NCBI GenBank assembly: GCA_964547015.1
Contig: CAZJKT010000003.1
Coordinates: 1,154 to 65,153, forward strand
Source: an uncultured archaeon
GTDB taxonomy: Archaea > Aenigmatarchaeota > Aenigmatarchaeia > QMZS01
Direction of reading: 5' to 3'
Length of the DNA: 64,000 bases
Position 1 is the stretch's first letter, and the number at the start of each line of letters is the position of its first letter. This document shows positions 53,723-62,797 of the stretch, piece after piece. The translations under genes were made by a program, and so were the position numbers. Under the pieces are notes generated by a model. It was not told the origin of the DNA. It saw only the letters and a list, made by a program, of their open reading frames with translations, and did no database searches.

Positions 53723-54316
53723 TTATCCGGGCACAGCTTCTTTTGGTTTCTGCGGTGAAGCGCCCTCGTTTTTGCCCATCACAAAATACCACATCGCCGC
53801 AACCACAAGAACGATTAGGGCTAAAGCCATTGTGTCCGAGCCAAACCTTGAGTAAAAGCTTACGCCTCCGCCAAGCCAGCCTCCGATAAGGAACCATGCG
53901 AATACCACCAAAAGGATGAGAAATATCCAAGCCCGAGGTCCCTTCTTGTTCCTAACATCCCCAAGCGCGCTGTTGTTTGCAAGGGCCATTACAAGCAAAA
54001 TTCCCAACATCACTATCAGGAACATTGCCATAGTCCCGGCTGACTGAGTGAAGAAAGCCCCCATTGTCGCCCCAAACGGAGTGAATGCCGCAACGAAGAA
54101 ACCAAGGGTTAAAGCAACTATCCCCGAAATCTTTTTGCCTTTTTTGTCCTTATCGTCTTTATCGAAAGGCTTGACTAACAAAAGAAGGCCGTAAATCACC
54201 GCAAAGGACAAAATCCACGGAAAGATTACTTCATAAAGCATTCCGCAAAGGTTCCCTGAAATCCCTAAGTAACTGCAAATCGGTGCATTTCCTATGCCAT
54301 ACGCCATAATTAACAT
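53723..54316 (-). CDS. Polytopic membrane protein, copy B of the tandem duplicate pair
   Basis: As above. It differs in a charged loop (KPFDKDDKDKKGKKISGI versus KPFGDGDGDKINGI) and in the C-terminal tail. Confidence 0.5.
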   Translation of the reverse strand: MLIMAYGIGNAPICSYLGISGNLCGMLYEVIFPWILSFAVIYGLLLLVKPFDKDDKDKKGKKISGIVALTLGFFVAAFTPFGATMGAFFTQSAGTMAMFLIVMLGILLVMALANNSALGDVRNKKGPRAWIFLILLVVFAWFLIGGWLGGGVSFYSRFGSDTMALALIVLVVAAMWYFVMGKNEGASPQKPKEAVPG

Positions 54317-54404
54317 TTCCTATATATAAAGGGTTAAATATGGCCTATTAGGGGAGGTGCCCGAATGCTCAACACGAATTTAAGTGTTAGCCCGCCCAAT
54401 AGTT

Positions 54405-55070
54405 ATGATTGAAGCGGCGATATTTGACATGGACGGAATTTTGGTTGATTCTGAGCCTTTCTGGATGGAAGCTGAATTTCAGGCTTTCAGAAAGGTAGGG
54501 ATAAATCTTACAGAGAGCCACTACCTTGAGACTCAAGGCTTGAGAATGGACGAGATTGTAAATATAAGGTATGAAGAATCTCCTTGGTCGGGGCCTTCCA
54601 AGGAAGATATTAAAAAGGGTGTGGAGCAGACGGTAAAAAAACTTATAGCTTTGCAGGGCCGACCCCTGCCCGGGTGCATTGAAGCTATTAAATTTTTTAA
54701 GGAGAAGGGGCTAAAAATCGGGCTTTGCTCATCCTCAAGCCCGGAAATCATTGAGGCGGTTCTTGAAAAGCTGAATATAAAAAGCCAATTTGCGGTTATC
54801 CACTCAGCTGAAAATGAGGAATTCGGAAAGCCTCATCCGGCGGCTTACCTGAGCGCGGCCAAATTGATGAGGTTAAATCCCCAAAACTGCCTTGCAATTG
54901 AGGATTCCGTAACGGGGCTGAATTCCGCAATTTCTGCGGGAATGAAAACTTTGGCTGTCCCAAATGCCTACTCCAAAAATAACCCGGGCTTTTTGGCGGC
55001 AGACTGCGTCCTTGAGTCACTCACCCTCCTTGATGAAAATGTTTTTAGAAAAATTCAGGGGCTGCAATAA
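54405..55070 (+). CDS. HAD-superfamily hydrolase, beta-phosphoglucomutase-like subfamily
   Basis: AAIFDMDGILVDSEP (DxDGxLxDS motif I) and LAIEDSVTGLNSAISAGM (motif III/IV). Start at ATG 54405; the ORF track starts at an upstream GTG. Confidence 0.8.
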   Translation: MIEAAIFDMDGILVDSEPFWMEAEFQAFRKVGINLTESHYLETQGLRMDEIVNIRYEESPWSGPSKEDIKKGVEQTVKKLIALQGRPLPGCIEAIKFFKEKGLKIGLCSSSSPEIIEAVLEKLNIKSQFAVIHSAENEEFGKPHPAAYLSAAKLMRLNPQNCLAIEDSVTGLNSAISAGMKTLAVPNAYSKNNPGFLAADCVLESLTLLDENVFRKIQGLQ

Positions 55071-55112
55071 TGGTCTGACTAAGATATTTTAAGCTAAAAA
55101 GGTAACTATACT

Positions 55113-56570
55113 ATGGCAGAAAAACTGATTAAGGATAACCTCAAAAAAACCGCTGATTATGAATACATAATAGATAAGTCACTGCGGGAAGGGGCAAGGG
55201 TAAATTCTAAAGTTATAGCAACTGAGAGGATAATCGAGGCGGCAGAAGAGGAGGCTTTGGCGCAGCTCACAAATGTTGCCTGCCTTCCGGGGGTTGTTGA
55301 GCCGGTCTGCGGAATGCCTGATATTCACTGGGGATACGGGCTTCCAATGGGCGCTGTCGGGGCGTTTGACTCAAAAGAGGGAATAATCTCCTGCGGCTGC
55401 ACAGGGTTTGATATCAACTGCGGGATCCGAATGATTAAGACCAATCTGACTTATGATGAGGTCAAGCCAAAATTAAGATTGCTTATTGACACTTTATTCA
55501 AAAATGTTCCTTCAGGGGTCGGGGCGAAAGGAAAGCTTCGGTTGAGCAGGGACCAGTTGGAGGAGGTTCTTGTAAAGGGGGCCAAATGGGCGGTCAAGGA
55601 AGGATATGCACCTGAAAAAGACTTAATGCACATGGAGGAGTACGGATGCATGGTAGGCGGGGACACTGAAATGGTTTCGAGCATGGCGATGAAAAGGGGA
55701 CTACCTCAGCTTGGGACTCTTGGCGCCGGAAACCATTTTTTGGAAGTGCAAAAGGTCGGAGAGATTTTTGACAAAAAAATTGCCGAAACTTTCGGCGTGA
55801 CTGACCCGAACCAGATTATAATTATGCTTCACTGCGGAAGTCGGGGCTTGGGGCATCAGGTGGCAACGGATTATTTGAAGATTCATGACAAGGCCGCAAA
55901 AAAGTACGGGATAAAACTTCCTGATCCTCAGCTTGTTTGCGCGCCGGTGACCTCAGACGAAGGGCAGGCTTATTATTCTGCCATGAAGTGCGCTGTCAAT
56001 TACGCGTTCACAAACAGGACCGTGATGACTTCGTGGGTTCGGGAATCGTTTGAGGGCGTTTTCCAAAAAAAGCAGGAAGAAATGGAAATGGACCTGATTT
56101 ATGATGTATGCCACAATATCTGCAAGCTCGAGGAGCATGTTGTTAATGGGGAGAAAAAGCAGCTGTATGTGCACAGGAAAGGGTCGACTCGAAGCCTTCC
56201 TGCCGGCCACGAGCTGATTCCTGAGACTTACCGAAAAGTCGGACAGCCGGTTTTGATTGCGGGCTCGATGGGAACGGCGAGTTATATTTTGGTCGGAGGC
56301 GAGAACGCGGCAAGCACATTTTATTCAAGCTGCCACGGAGCAGGCCGTGTTATGAGCCGAAACGAGGCGATAAGGCGGTACCGGGGCAGGCAGGTGCAGG
56401 ATGAGCTTTTGAAGGAGGGAATTGTGGCGAAGTCTACAAGTCCAATCGTTTTGGCTGAGGAGTCGCCAAACGCCTACAAGGACGTTGATGAGGTCATACG
56501 CGCGGTTGATATGGCGGGAATCTCAAGGAAGGTCGTTCGGGTCGTTCCTGTTGGGGTTGTTAAGGGATGA
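55113..56570 (+). CDS. rtcB: RNA-splicing ligase RtcB (tRNA exon ligase)
   Basis: CGMPDIHWGYGLPMGAV, GCTGFDINCGIRM, GAGNHFLEVQ, HCGSRGLGHQV and SSCHGAGR are the conserved metal-binding and catalytic blocks of RtcB. Confidence 0.9.
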   Translation: MAEKLIKDNLKKTADYEYIIDKSLREGARVNSKVIATERIIEAAEEEALAQLTNVACLPGVVEPVCGMPDIHWGYGLPMGAVGAFDSKEGIISCGCTGFDINCGIRMIKTNLTYDEVKPKLRLLIDTLFKNVPSGVGAKGKLRLSRDQLEEVLVKGAKWAVKEGYAPEKDLMHMEEYGCMVGGDTEMVSSMAMKRGLPQLGTLGAGNHFLEVQKVGEIFDKKIAETFGVTDPNQIIIMLHCGSRGLGHQVATDYLKIHDKAAKKYGIKLPDPQLVCAPVTSDEGQAYYSAMKCAVNYAFTNRTVMTSWVRESFEGVFQKKQEEMEMDLIYDVCHNICKLEEHVVNGEKKQLYVHRKGSTRSLPAGHELIPETYRKVGQPVLIAGSMGTASYILVGGENAASTFYSSCHGAGRVMSRNEAIRRYRGRQVQDELLKEGIVAKSTSPIVLAEESPNAYKDVDEVIRAVDMAGISRKVVRVVPVGVVKG

Positions 56571-56596
56571 TTATGCCGATATCTTGCTAAAAGAAG

Positions 56597-59500
56597 TTAG
56601 CTTACTCCAACTTTCTCAAACAAACGAGATAGGTAATCCCTATCGCTGGTCAAATAGATTCCCCGACTCTCCGGGTCATTTAGAATATCTTGACTTAATT
56701 GCTCCTTGGGTGTTTGAGAGACAATAAAGGAGTATAGCTCAAAAGCCTCATCTGGATGCTTCTCCCTTAGATTACGCTCAATTGCCTTGACATATTTGTG
56801 GAAATTAATTTTTTCCCAATCCACATGGTTAAGACCCTTGGGATCAATAAAAATAATCTTTTGTTTCGTGTCTTCCAGTATCCACAAAATGAAGTCCGGG
56901 TAGAAGAGTTCAGTCTCAAGATAATAACCATAGCCGATTCCCTCATGATTTCTGAGAAGAACCACCTTTCGACCACCAATATCCTTTCTTTCCAGAAATA
57001 TCCTCAAGGCATCAATAAACGATTTTTCGCCGTCATTTAGTCCAGCAGGATGAAAGGTGTAGCTTGCAGTCCCCCCCTCCTGTGCCACAAGAAGAGGATA
57101 ATAAGCGTGCTTGTCAAATCTGACACAAAGCTTATTCAGAGCATTTTTAGAGCCAGGCGTATCCTCCAAAACGGTCTGAATATCGTCAAAATCTATTATT
57201 CTGGACTTGGTTTTGAGAACTGCCTCCAAAACACCTCTTATTCGTTCATCTACGCTTCCTTTAATCGCGCCTTTCTCGTCGGTAAATATCTTCATCTGAC
57301 AGGTAGTTGGGACTTTGGACTCAGAAAGCTTTGCAAGAGACATTCTCTTCTCATAGTATCGCCGCAAGGCAAGAGAGTAATTTTTGTTCATTGCTTTCGT
57401 TATGACCTCAAGGTATGCTCTCTCCAATAGGGTCCTGGCAACAGAAATATCTTTTCTAGCATTAAGATATGCCATATCCCCATAGACAGATACCATTGCG
57501 TCGTTCGAAACCAAGTAGTTTTTTAGTTCTTCGGCGGAGCAAAGAGAAAGATTTTGATAGTTCTTGACACGTTTGTGTCGCCTCAACTCGGTGAGAAGTC
57601 TTTCCCAGTCAACTAAATCCAAATATTCTTCAGTAAAGATTGGGCAGGATTCGGGGCGGGTTTTTGGAATGTCCTTAGAATCAGAAGTCTTGCTATTCAT
57701 CGCAGTTATGTGGGGATTAAGATCCAGCCTTATTTCTGTCGCAAATGGGAGCATAGATACCAATTCCGTTCGTCGGAAACTGCCCTCCACATCCCTCTCA
57801 CGCTCAATACAAAGTAGGTCACTAAACTTAACCGAATCAGGCATTCTCAGGTGGATATTTATCTCCTTTTCAACGTAGAATTCAATGTCTTCTGCAAGCT
57901 CCTCTCTAAATGCCTCCATATAGCTGGCATCTATCCCAAAAACATTAAGGGTTTCAAGAAGGGGGAGGTATTTTTTCAGCTCCCCACTAATCGGGCGGAG
58001 GTCTTTTGAACTGCGCTTCATGCTGTTCTTGTAGCCGTGGATGCGAACGCCTCGCCCAAACAGCTGTATGGCCGAAACTCCCCGGGTTTTCGCAAAATTC
58101 ATCAAAAGCATAGAAGAAATTCGGTAATTGTCCCAGCCCTCTATGAATTTCTTTGCACCGATAAGGACATTCACGGGTTGCTCTTTGGGTGTACTCAGTG
58201 CCTTAAATTGTGACTTTGAAATAGAATTTGTGCGTTGCCGTACAGTATTCAGTTCTTTGTTTGCAGTCTCCTTCGCTTTCTTTAGGATTTTCTTGTCATT
58301 TCCCTTTCCTACATAAATCAGCCCAAAATAGGTAGCATCCGAGTCCCCATATTTAAGCCCGATTTCGCCGTCAGAATCATGAATGTCTTCCATCACAAGA
58401 AGCGAGTCATTGTAACCGGAGTAAAAGACCGTTTTGAACAAATCATCAAAAAGCGCTTTGGTGTCGTTCTTAAAGGTATTTTGAAGAAGTTCTCTCAAAT
58501 AGGGGAAATGATCCTGGAAGAGCGGGTTTCCCCGCTCATCCTTAAGAGGCAAATTTCCAGAAACCAAAAAATTCTCAATCGCCTTGAGGTAATGCTCCTT
58601 TTTCAGCTTCAGGCGGTTAAGGAATACCACAAATTTGAAGATGTCTGAGCTTATTTTTTCGTCCAGATTGTCCTTATCACTCTCCACTACTCTCGACCCC
58701 ACAAGAATCCAGAGCGGGTTTTCGATAAGGTGGGTAGTTTCTGCTTCCCTGCGATTTTCGAGGAAAAGCTTTTTTTGCTGATAAAATGAGAGTAGATTGC
58801 CGAGCATTATGTTTTTCTCGTACTCGTCTTGCTTGCCCACATTTGAGATGAAATAATCCTTGCCATAGCCCTCCTTGTGGTAATATTTGTAGGAATAGTC
58901 AAAAAGGATGGTTTTCTTGTAATCTTTGGCTTCCTTTTTTTTCCCCACATCCCTGAATGTAGCGCTGTACTCCATCGTAAAGCCTTCCTTTGCAACCTTA
59001 GAGCGCATTTTAAGCCAGGCGTTTCCGCTTGCGCCCCTATGTCCCTCATCCACCAAAATCAGGTTTTTATCGCCAAAGGCGCGATAACTGATCGTTTTGT
59101 CCTTTGTAGTTTCGGACAGCTTGTTAATGTCAATAATTTTTATCGCCTTTCTGACAAAATTGTCCTTTTTTGCCATTATTGCCCTAAAACCCGACTTTTC
59201 AAATTCCTTTAGGTGCTGGCGTGACAAATCTTCGTTAGGGGTTATTAGGATAATGTTGTTTATCTCCTGGCGGTATTTCTCGGCGTAGTGCAGGTATTGG
59301 TGGATGTTTATATGCATCACAAGGGTTTTTCCTGAACCCGTTGCCATCCAGTAGCACAGTTTTTCTAGGTCGTCCTGGAGGTAATCATCAATATCTGTGT
59401 ATTTTTCCGGGATGTTGTTTTTTCCCTGATTCAGAAATTCGATAAACTCCCCAAGCTCCTGCTCTTCCTTCTTTTGGAAGTACAAATCGAGGTAAATTTC

Positions 59501-59833
59501 GGTTATAAGGAGAGCGGCATACTGAAACACCTTAAACACGATTTCCCTCTTGCCGTTGATTTTGTCGATATGGTCTTTGATATTGAGGTCATATTCCCTC
59601 AGTTTTGCTTCATCAAGGATATTATAGGGGTAAGGCACATTTATCGCCCCAAAATAGTCCAAAATCGCCTTCATGAAGTTGCTCTGGTCGGACTCGAATT
59701 TGTACTCAAAATCCGCCTTTTCCTTTAGAAAGTCGATAAATTTGCAGGTATCGTCAAAACCCAGGCACCTTGGCAGAATCTTTGGAAGGACCAAAGACGC
59801 GCTCAAATTCTCATTAATCTCCTTTTTTACCAT
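56597..59833 (-). CDS. Res-like restriction enzyme subunit: SF2 helicase/ATPase with a putative C-terminal PD-(D/E)xK nuclease (Type III Res-like), 1078 aa
   Basis: Helicase motif I WMATGSGKTLVMH, motif II ILVDEGHRGASG and motif VI QLFGRGVRIHG. The C-terminal FYPDFILWI...KIIFIDPKG is consistent with a PD...(D/E)xK nuclease. The start overlaps the upstream methyltransferase stop by 7 nt. Confidence 0.7.
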   Translation of the reverse strand: MVKKEINENLSASLVLPKILPRCLGFDDTCKFIDFLKEKADFEYKFESDQSNFMKAILDYFGAINVPYPYNILDEAKLREYDLNIKDHIDKINGKREIVFKVFQYAALLITEIYLDLYFQKKEEQELGEFIEFLNQGKNNIPEKYTDIDDYLQDDLEKLCYWMATGSGKTLVMHINIHQYLHYAEKYRQEINNIILITPNEDLSRQHLKEFEKSGFRAIMAKKDNFVRKAIKIIDINKLSETTKDKTISYRAFGDKNLILVDEGHRGASGNAWLKMRSKVAKEGFTMEYSATFRDVGKKKEAKDYKKTILFDYSYKYYHKEGYGKDYFISNVGKQDEYEKNIMLGNLLSFYQQKKLFLENRREAETTHLIENPLWILVGSRVVESDKDNLDEKISSDIFKFVVFLNRLKLKKEHYLKAIENFLVSGNLPLKDERGNPLFQDHFPYLRELLQNTFKNDTKALFDDLFKTVFYSGYNDSLLVMEDIHDSDGEIGLKYGDSDATYFGLIYVGKGNDKKILKKAKETANKELNTVRQRTNSISKSQFKALSTPKEQPVNVLIGAKKFIEGWDNYRISSMLLMNFAKTRGVSAIQLFGRGVRIHGYKNSMKRSSKDLRPISGELKKYLPLLETLNVFGIDASYMEAFREELAEDIEFYVEKEINIHLRMPDSVKFSDLLCIERERDVEGSFRRTELVSMLPFATEIRLDLNPHITAMNSKTSDSKDIPKTRPESCPIFTEEYLDLVDWERLLTELRRHKRVKNYQNLSLCSAEELKNYLVSNDAMVSVYGDMAYLNARKDISVARTLLERAYLEVITKAMNKNYSLALRRYYEKRMSLAKLSESKVPTTCQMKIFTDEKGAIKGSVDERIRGVLEAVLKTKSRIIDFDDIQTVLEDTPGSKNALNKLCVRFDKHAYYPLLVAQEGGTASYTFHPAGLNDGEKSFIDALRIFLERKDIGGRKVVLLRNHEGIGYGYYLETELFYPDFILWILEDTKQKIIFIDPKGLNHVDWEKINFHKYVKAIERNLREKHPDEAFELYSFIVSQTPKEQLSQDILNDPESRGIYLTSDRDYLSRLFEKVGVS

Positions 59834-62796
59834 AAGCGCTTCCTCATTTCATCATAGATGTTACGGTAATTTTGTGAAACGAGACTGTCGCAGCTTATGA
59901 AAACTTCCTTGTATTTATCTTCCAGGAGCTTGTCCATGAATTTGCCGGCGGCTTTCTTTTCCTCGTCGTCCCTGCACGGAGGTCTCCAGATCGCTATGGC
60001 TTTTTCGCCTTTGTACCTGCCCTTTACGACAAAATATTCAGCGCCGTTGTCCTCCAGTTTCTCCATTTTGTCCACATCAAGCCCCATCAGGTAAATAAAT
60101 GTCTCGATTAAGTCCACGGTTTTTTCTGTTGTGGCACCGTCAATTTTCAGGTCAGAACCGCCCGACTCGTTCAAAACCTTGATTTTTAAATCAAGGTGCT
60201 TGTCCTCAGTGTCCACTCCAAGGAAATTCCCGGATTTGCCCTTGTCTATGCCATTTTGGAGCATGTATTTCAAAACATCGCCCTTTTGGTCGTAGAATCG
60301 GTTCAAATCCATCTGTTTGAAGACCACATTTTCAAGGGCGTCCTCGTACTGTTCCATTTCGTGGTACTTGAAAAAGCCGCCAATTGAATCCATATCCTGC
60401 GGCTTGCCGTCCTTCCAGTTTAGGGAGTAGAGCACTTTCTTTATCCTTGGATTGAGGACGGTATGAAAATAATCGCCCATTTCGACAAGGATGAATTTTC
60501 TCTTTCCTTTGTCCTCCTTGTTTAGAGAGATTACTGCATGTCCGGTTGTTCCTGAACCTGCGAAGAAATCCAGATTCACAGAGGCATCATTCATTGTCGC
60601 ACCAATCAATTGCTCATACAACGAAACGGGATGGCAATATGGAAAAAATAAATCCATACCATCTAAAAAATATTTACCACTTTTTGCATCTTTAATCACA
60701 GACGAAAGTTGTCGCTTTGAGTCAGAATCAAGATATACTTTTTTTTGTGGCTGAGTAGAATGATCTTCACCCCACAGGATTTCATCGTCATCTATCATCT
60801 TTTTCAGAGTTTCGGGTGTGCGAGACCAGCCATTGGTTGGGATAGGACAAGGTTTTTTTGTTTTGGGATGTATCAAAGGTATGTGGAATTTTGGGTCGGA
60901 CCTATATTCGGGGGCACCCATAGCAACTCCACGAAAAACTCTGCCATCATCTTCAAGAAGTCTATATGCTTTCTCACCTCCCGTGAGATCTGTTTGAGAA
61001 ATTATCCACCTTGAAAATTCTCTCCGTGAATCATCATTAACTCCACCCGAAAGCTCGATAAACCGCTTTGCATGCTCAATAATACTCAATACGGCACTAT
61101 TACGCATATAGACAGGTCCACTAAATTTGGAACGCCAAAGAATGTACTCGTGTTGCGTAGCGATTCCTTGTCTACCTAACATGGGATTCTTTTTATCCCA
61201 AATTATTGTTCCTCTACTAGGTAAACCAAATCTATCCAACATTACAAATAAAACCTCATATTCATTTTCATCGATATGACATTGAAAGACACCCTCCAAT
61301 GATAAAACCTTGGCAGACGATTCTACACACTGAGACATAAGAGATAGCCAACTTGAATGCCTGTAGTTGTTTTTATAAAGAAAACCACTAGTTTCAGTAT
61401 TATATGGAGGATCAATGTGTATGCAAGTTACCCTTTCTCTGTACTTCTCCTGCAAGAGATTGAGCGCCTGCCAGTTCTCGGAATGAATCAAAATCCCGTC
61501 AAGTTTCTCGTCAAGCCCCTCGATTTGCCCCAAAATCCTCCATTTGAAGCTATTTGAGAAGTTTTTAGTGTCAAGGGGCAGTTTTCTCCACTTGCCGTTT
61601 ATTTTAAGGTCGTCTTTGCCCTTGACCTCAATCCCAAAAAGGGCTTTCCACTCGGAAATCTGGGTCTTATTTGACAAGATTTCCGGAACAATTTCCTCCA
61701 AGAAATTTTCCCCGCAAAACTCTGAAATCTTGTCCAGAGTGATTACATAGTGGCTCTCCAAAATGAATTTCTTCTTCTCCCAGACTTTTTTCTTGAGATT
61801 CTCCAAAGCGTCGAGCTTCTCGATTATATTCTTCGAGACATCCTTGAAGACTTTTGCGACGATTTTGCGGTTCTCGCTAAAATTGCCCTTATCGTCAATA
61901 TAATCGTCCACATGCACGACTTCCTGATTTAAGTAAAAATTGAGTTGCCCTCTCAAAAACCCGCCCAGATTCTTGTGGATAAAATAATCCTCCTTGTACT
62001 TTCTCTGGAATTTGTTCAAAATGCCCTCCAGGCCCTCAATTTCGCCAACGGTCTCCAAAATCTTTGAAATCGCCTGCAAATTGAGGGCTTTTTGAATTTC
62101 TGCCTGATTCTTGCCAAGCTCCTTAAGCTCGTCTGTGACAAAAACCCGCTCAAAATTCACCTTAAGTTCGCCGTCATCCTCAATCGGGTTCTCCTCAGAA
62201 AGCATAAAACAGGTCATTCCTCCCTTCTGGTTTCCCTTTTTCTCCTCGACCTTGACCACCCGCAAAAGCACCGTGCGCCCGTTTGCCTCGAAACTGAAGC
62301 GGGAGTATCGCTCAGAAGTCTTAATATAATACATATCCTTTGTCACCCAGTGCAAATCTACCTCAGAGCCGTCATAAGGGATGAGATAAGTGCCCTCTTT
62401 GAAATAAAACTGCGAGATAAAATCGCCGTCCTGATAATACCTTGAAAAGAAATTTACAAGGTGCTTGTAAATCTCATCAGTAATATCGCCAATTGTGCCA
62501 ATTTCTTTCTTCTTTGCCAGCAAATCCTGGTATTTTTTAGAGTCCTCCAAAGAAACGCCGGCTTCGGTAAGGGTTTTTCTAAGCTCAGAAAGCTCTTTTT
62601 CAATGTCCTCGCCAAACTCCTTCCTGATATTGAGAATCCCGGTTTTCACAAGCACGGAAAGCTCCTTTTCGACAAATGCGTCGATTTCCTCATTTTTCTG
62701 CTTCATCAGGCGATAGACCCCAAAATCAAGGTCTTTATCGTCAGACCGAAACATTTCTCTTAACTGCTTTTTCAAACGGTTAAATGATTCATCCAT
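59827..62796 (-). CDS. Beta-class N6-adenine DNA methyltransferase (Type III Mod-like) with an N-terminal domain of about 450 aa of unknown function
   Basis: Motif IV CIHIDPPYNTE precedes motif I DFFAGSGTTGHAV (beta-class permutation). The ORF track starts at 62892. I prefer the internal Met (MDESFNRLKK, about 62796), which abuts the stop of the upstream gene. Confidence 0.7.
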   Translation of the reverse strand: MDESFNRLKKQLREMFRSDDKDLDFGVYRLMKQKNEEIDAFVEKELSVLVKTGILNIRKEFGEDIEKELSELRKTLTEAGVSLEDSKKYQDLLAKKKEIGTIGDITDEIYKHLVNFFSRYYQDGDFISQFYFKEGTYLIPYDGSEVDLHWVTKDMYYIKTSERYSRFSFEANGRTVLLRVVKVEEKKGNQKGGMTCFMLSEENPIEDDGELKVNFERVFVTDELKELGKNQAEIQKALNLQAISKILETVGEIEGLEGILNKFQRKYKEDYFIHKNLGGFLRGQLNFYLNQEVVHVDDYIDDKGNFSENRKIVAKVFKDVSKNIIEKLDALENLKKKVWEKKKFILESHYVITLDKISEFCGENFLEEIVPEILSNKTQISEWKALFGIEVKGKDDLKINGKWRKLPLDTKNFSNSFKWRILGQIEGLDEKLDGILIHSENWQALNLLQEKYRERVTCIHIDPPYNTETSGFLYKNNYRHSSWLSLMSQCVESSAKVLSLEGVFQCHIDENEYEVLFVMLDRFGLPSRGTIIWDKKNPMLGRQGIATQHEYILWRSKFSGPVYMRNSAVLSIIEHAKRFIELSGGVNDDSRREFSRWIISQTDLTGGEKAYRLLEDDGRVFRGVAMGAPEYRSDPKFHIPLIHPKTKKPCPIPTNGWSRTPETLKKMIDDDEILWGEDHSTQPQKKVYLDSDSKRQLSSVIKDAKSGKYFLDGMDLFFPYCHPVSLYEQLIGATMNDASVNLDFFAGSGTTGHAVISLNKEDKGKRKFILVEMGDYFHTVLNPRIKKVLYSLNWKDGKPQDMDSIGGFFKYHEMEQYEDALENVVFKQMDLNRFYDQKGDVLKYMLQNGIDKGKSGNFLGVDTEDKHLDLKIKVLNESGGSDLKIDGATTEKTVDLIETFIYLMGLDVDKMEKLEDNGAEYFVVKGRYKGEKAIAIWRPPCRDDEEKKAAGKFMDKLLEDKYKEVFISCDSLVSQNYRNIYDEMRKRLW

Positions 62797-62797
62797 T

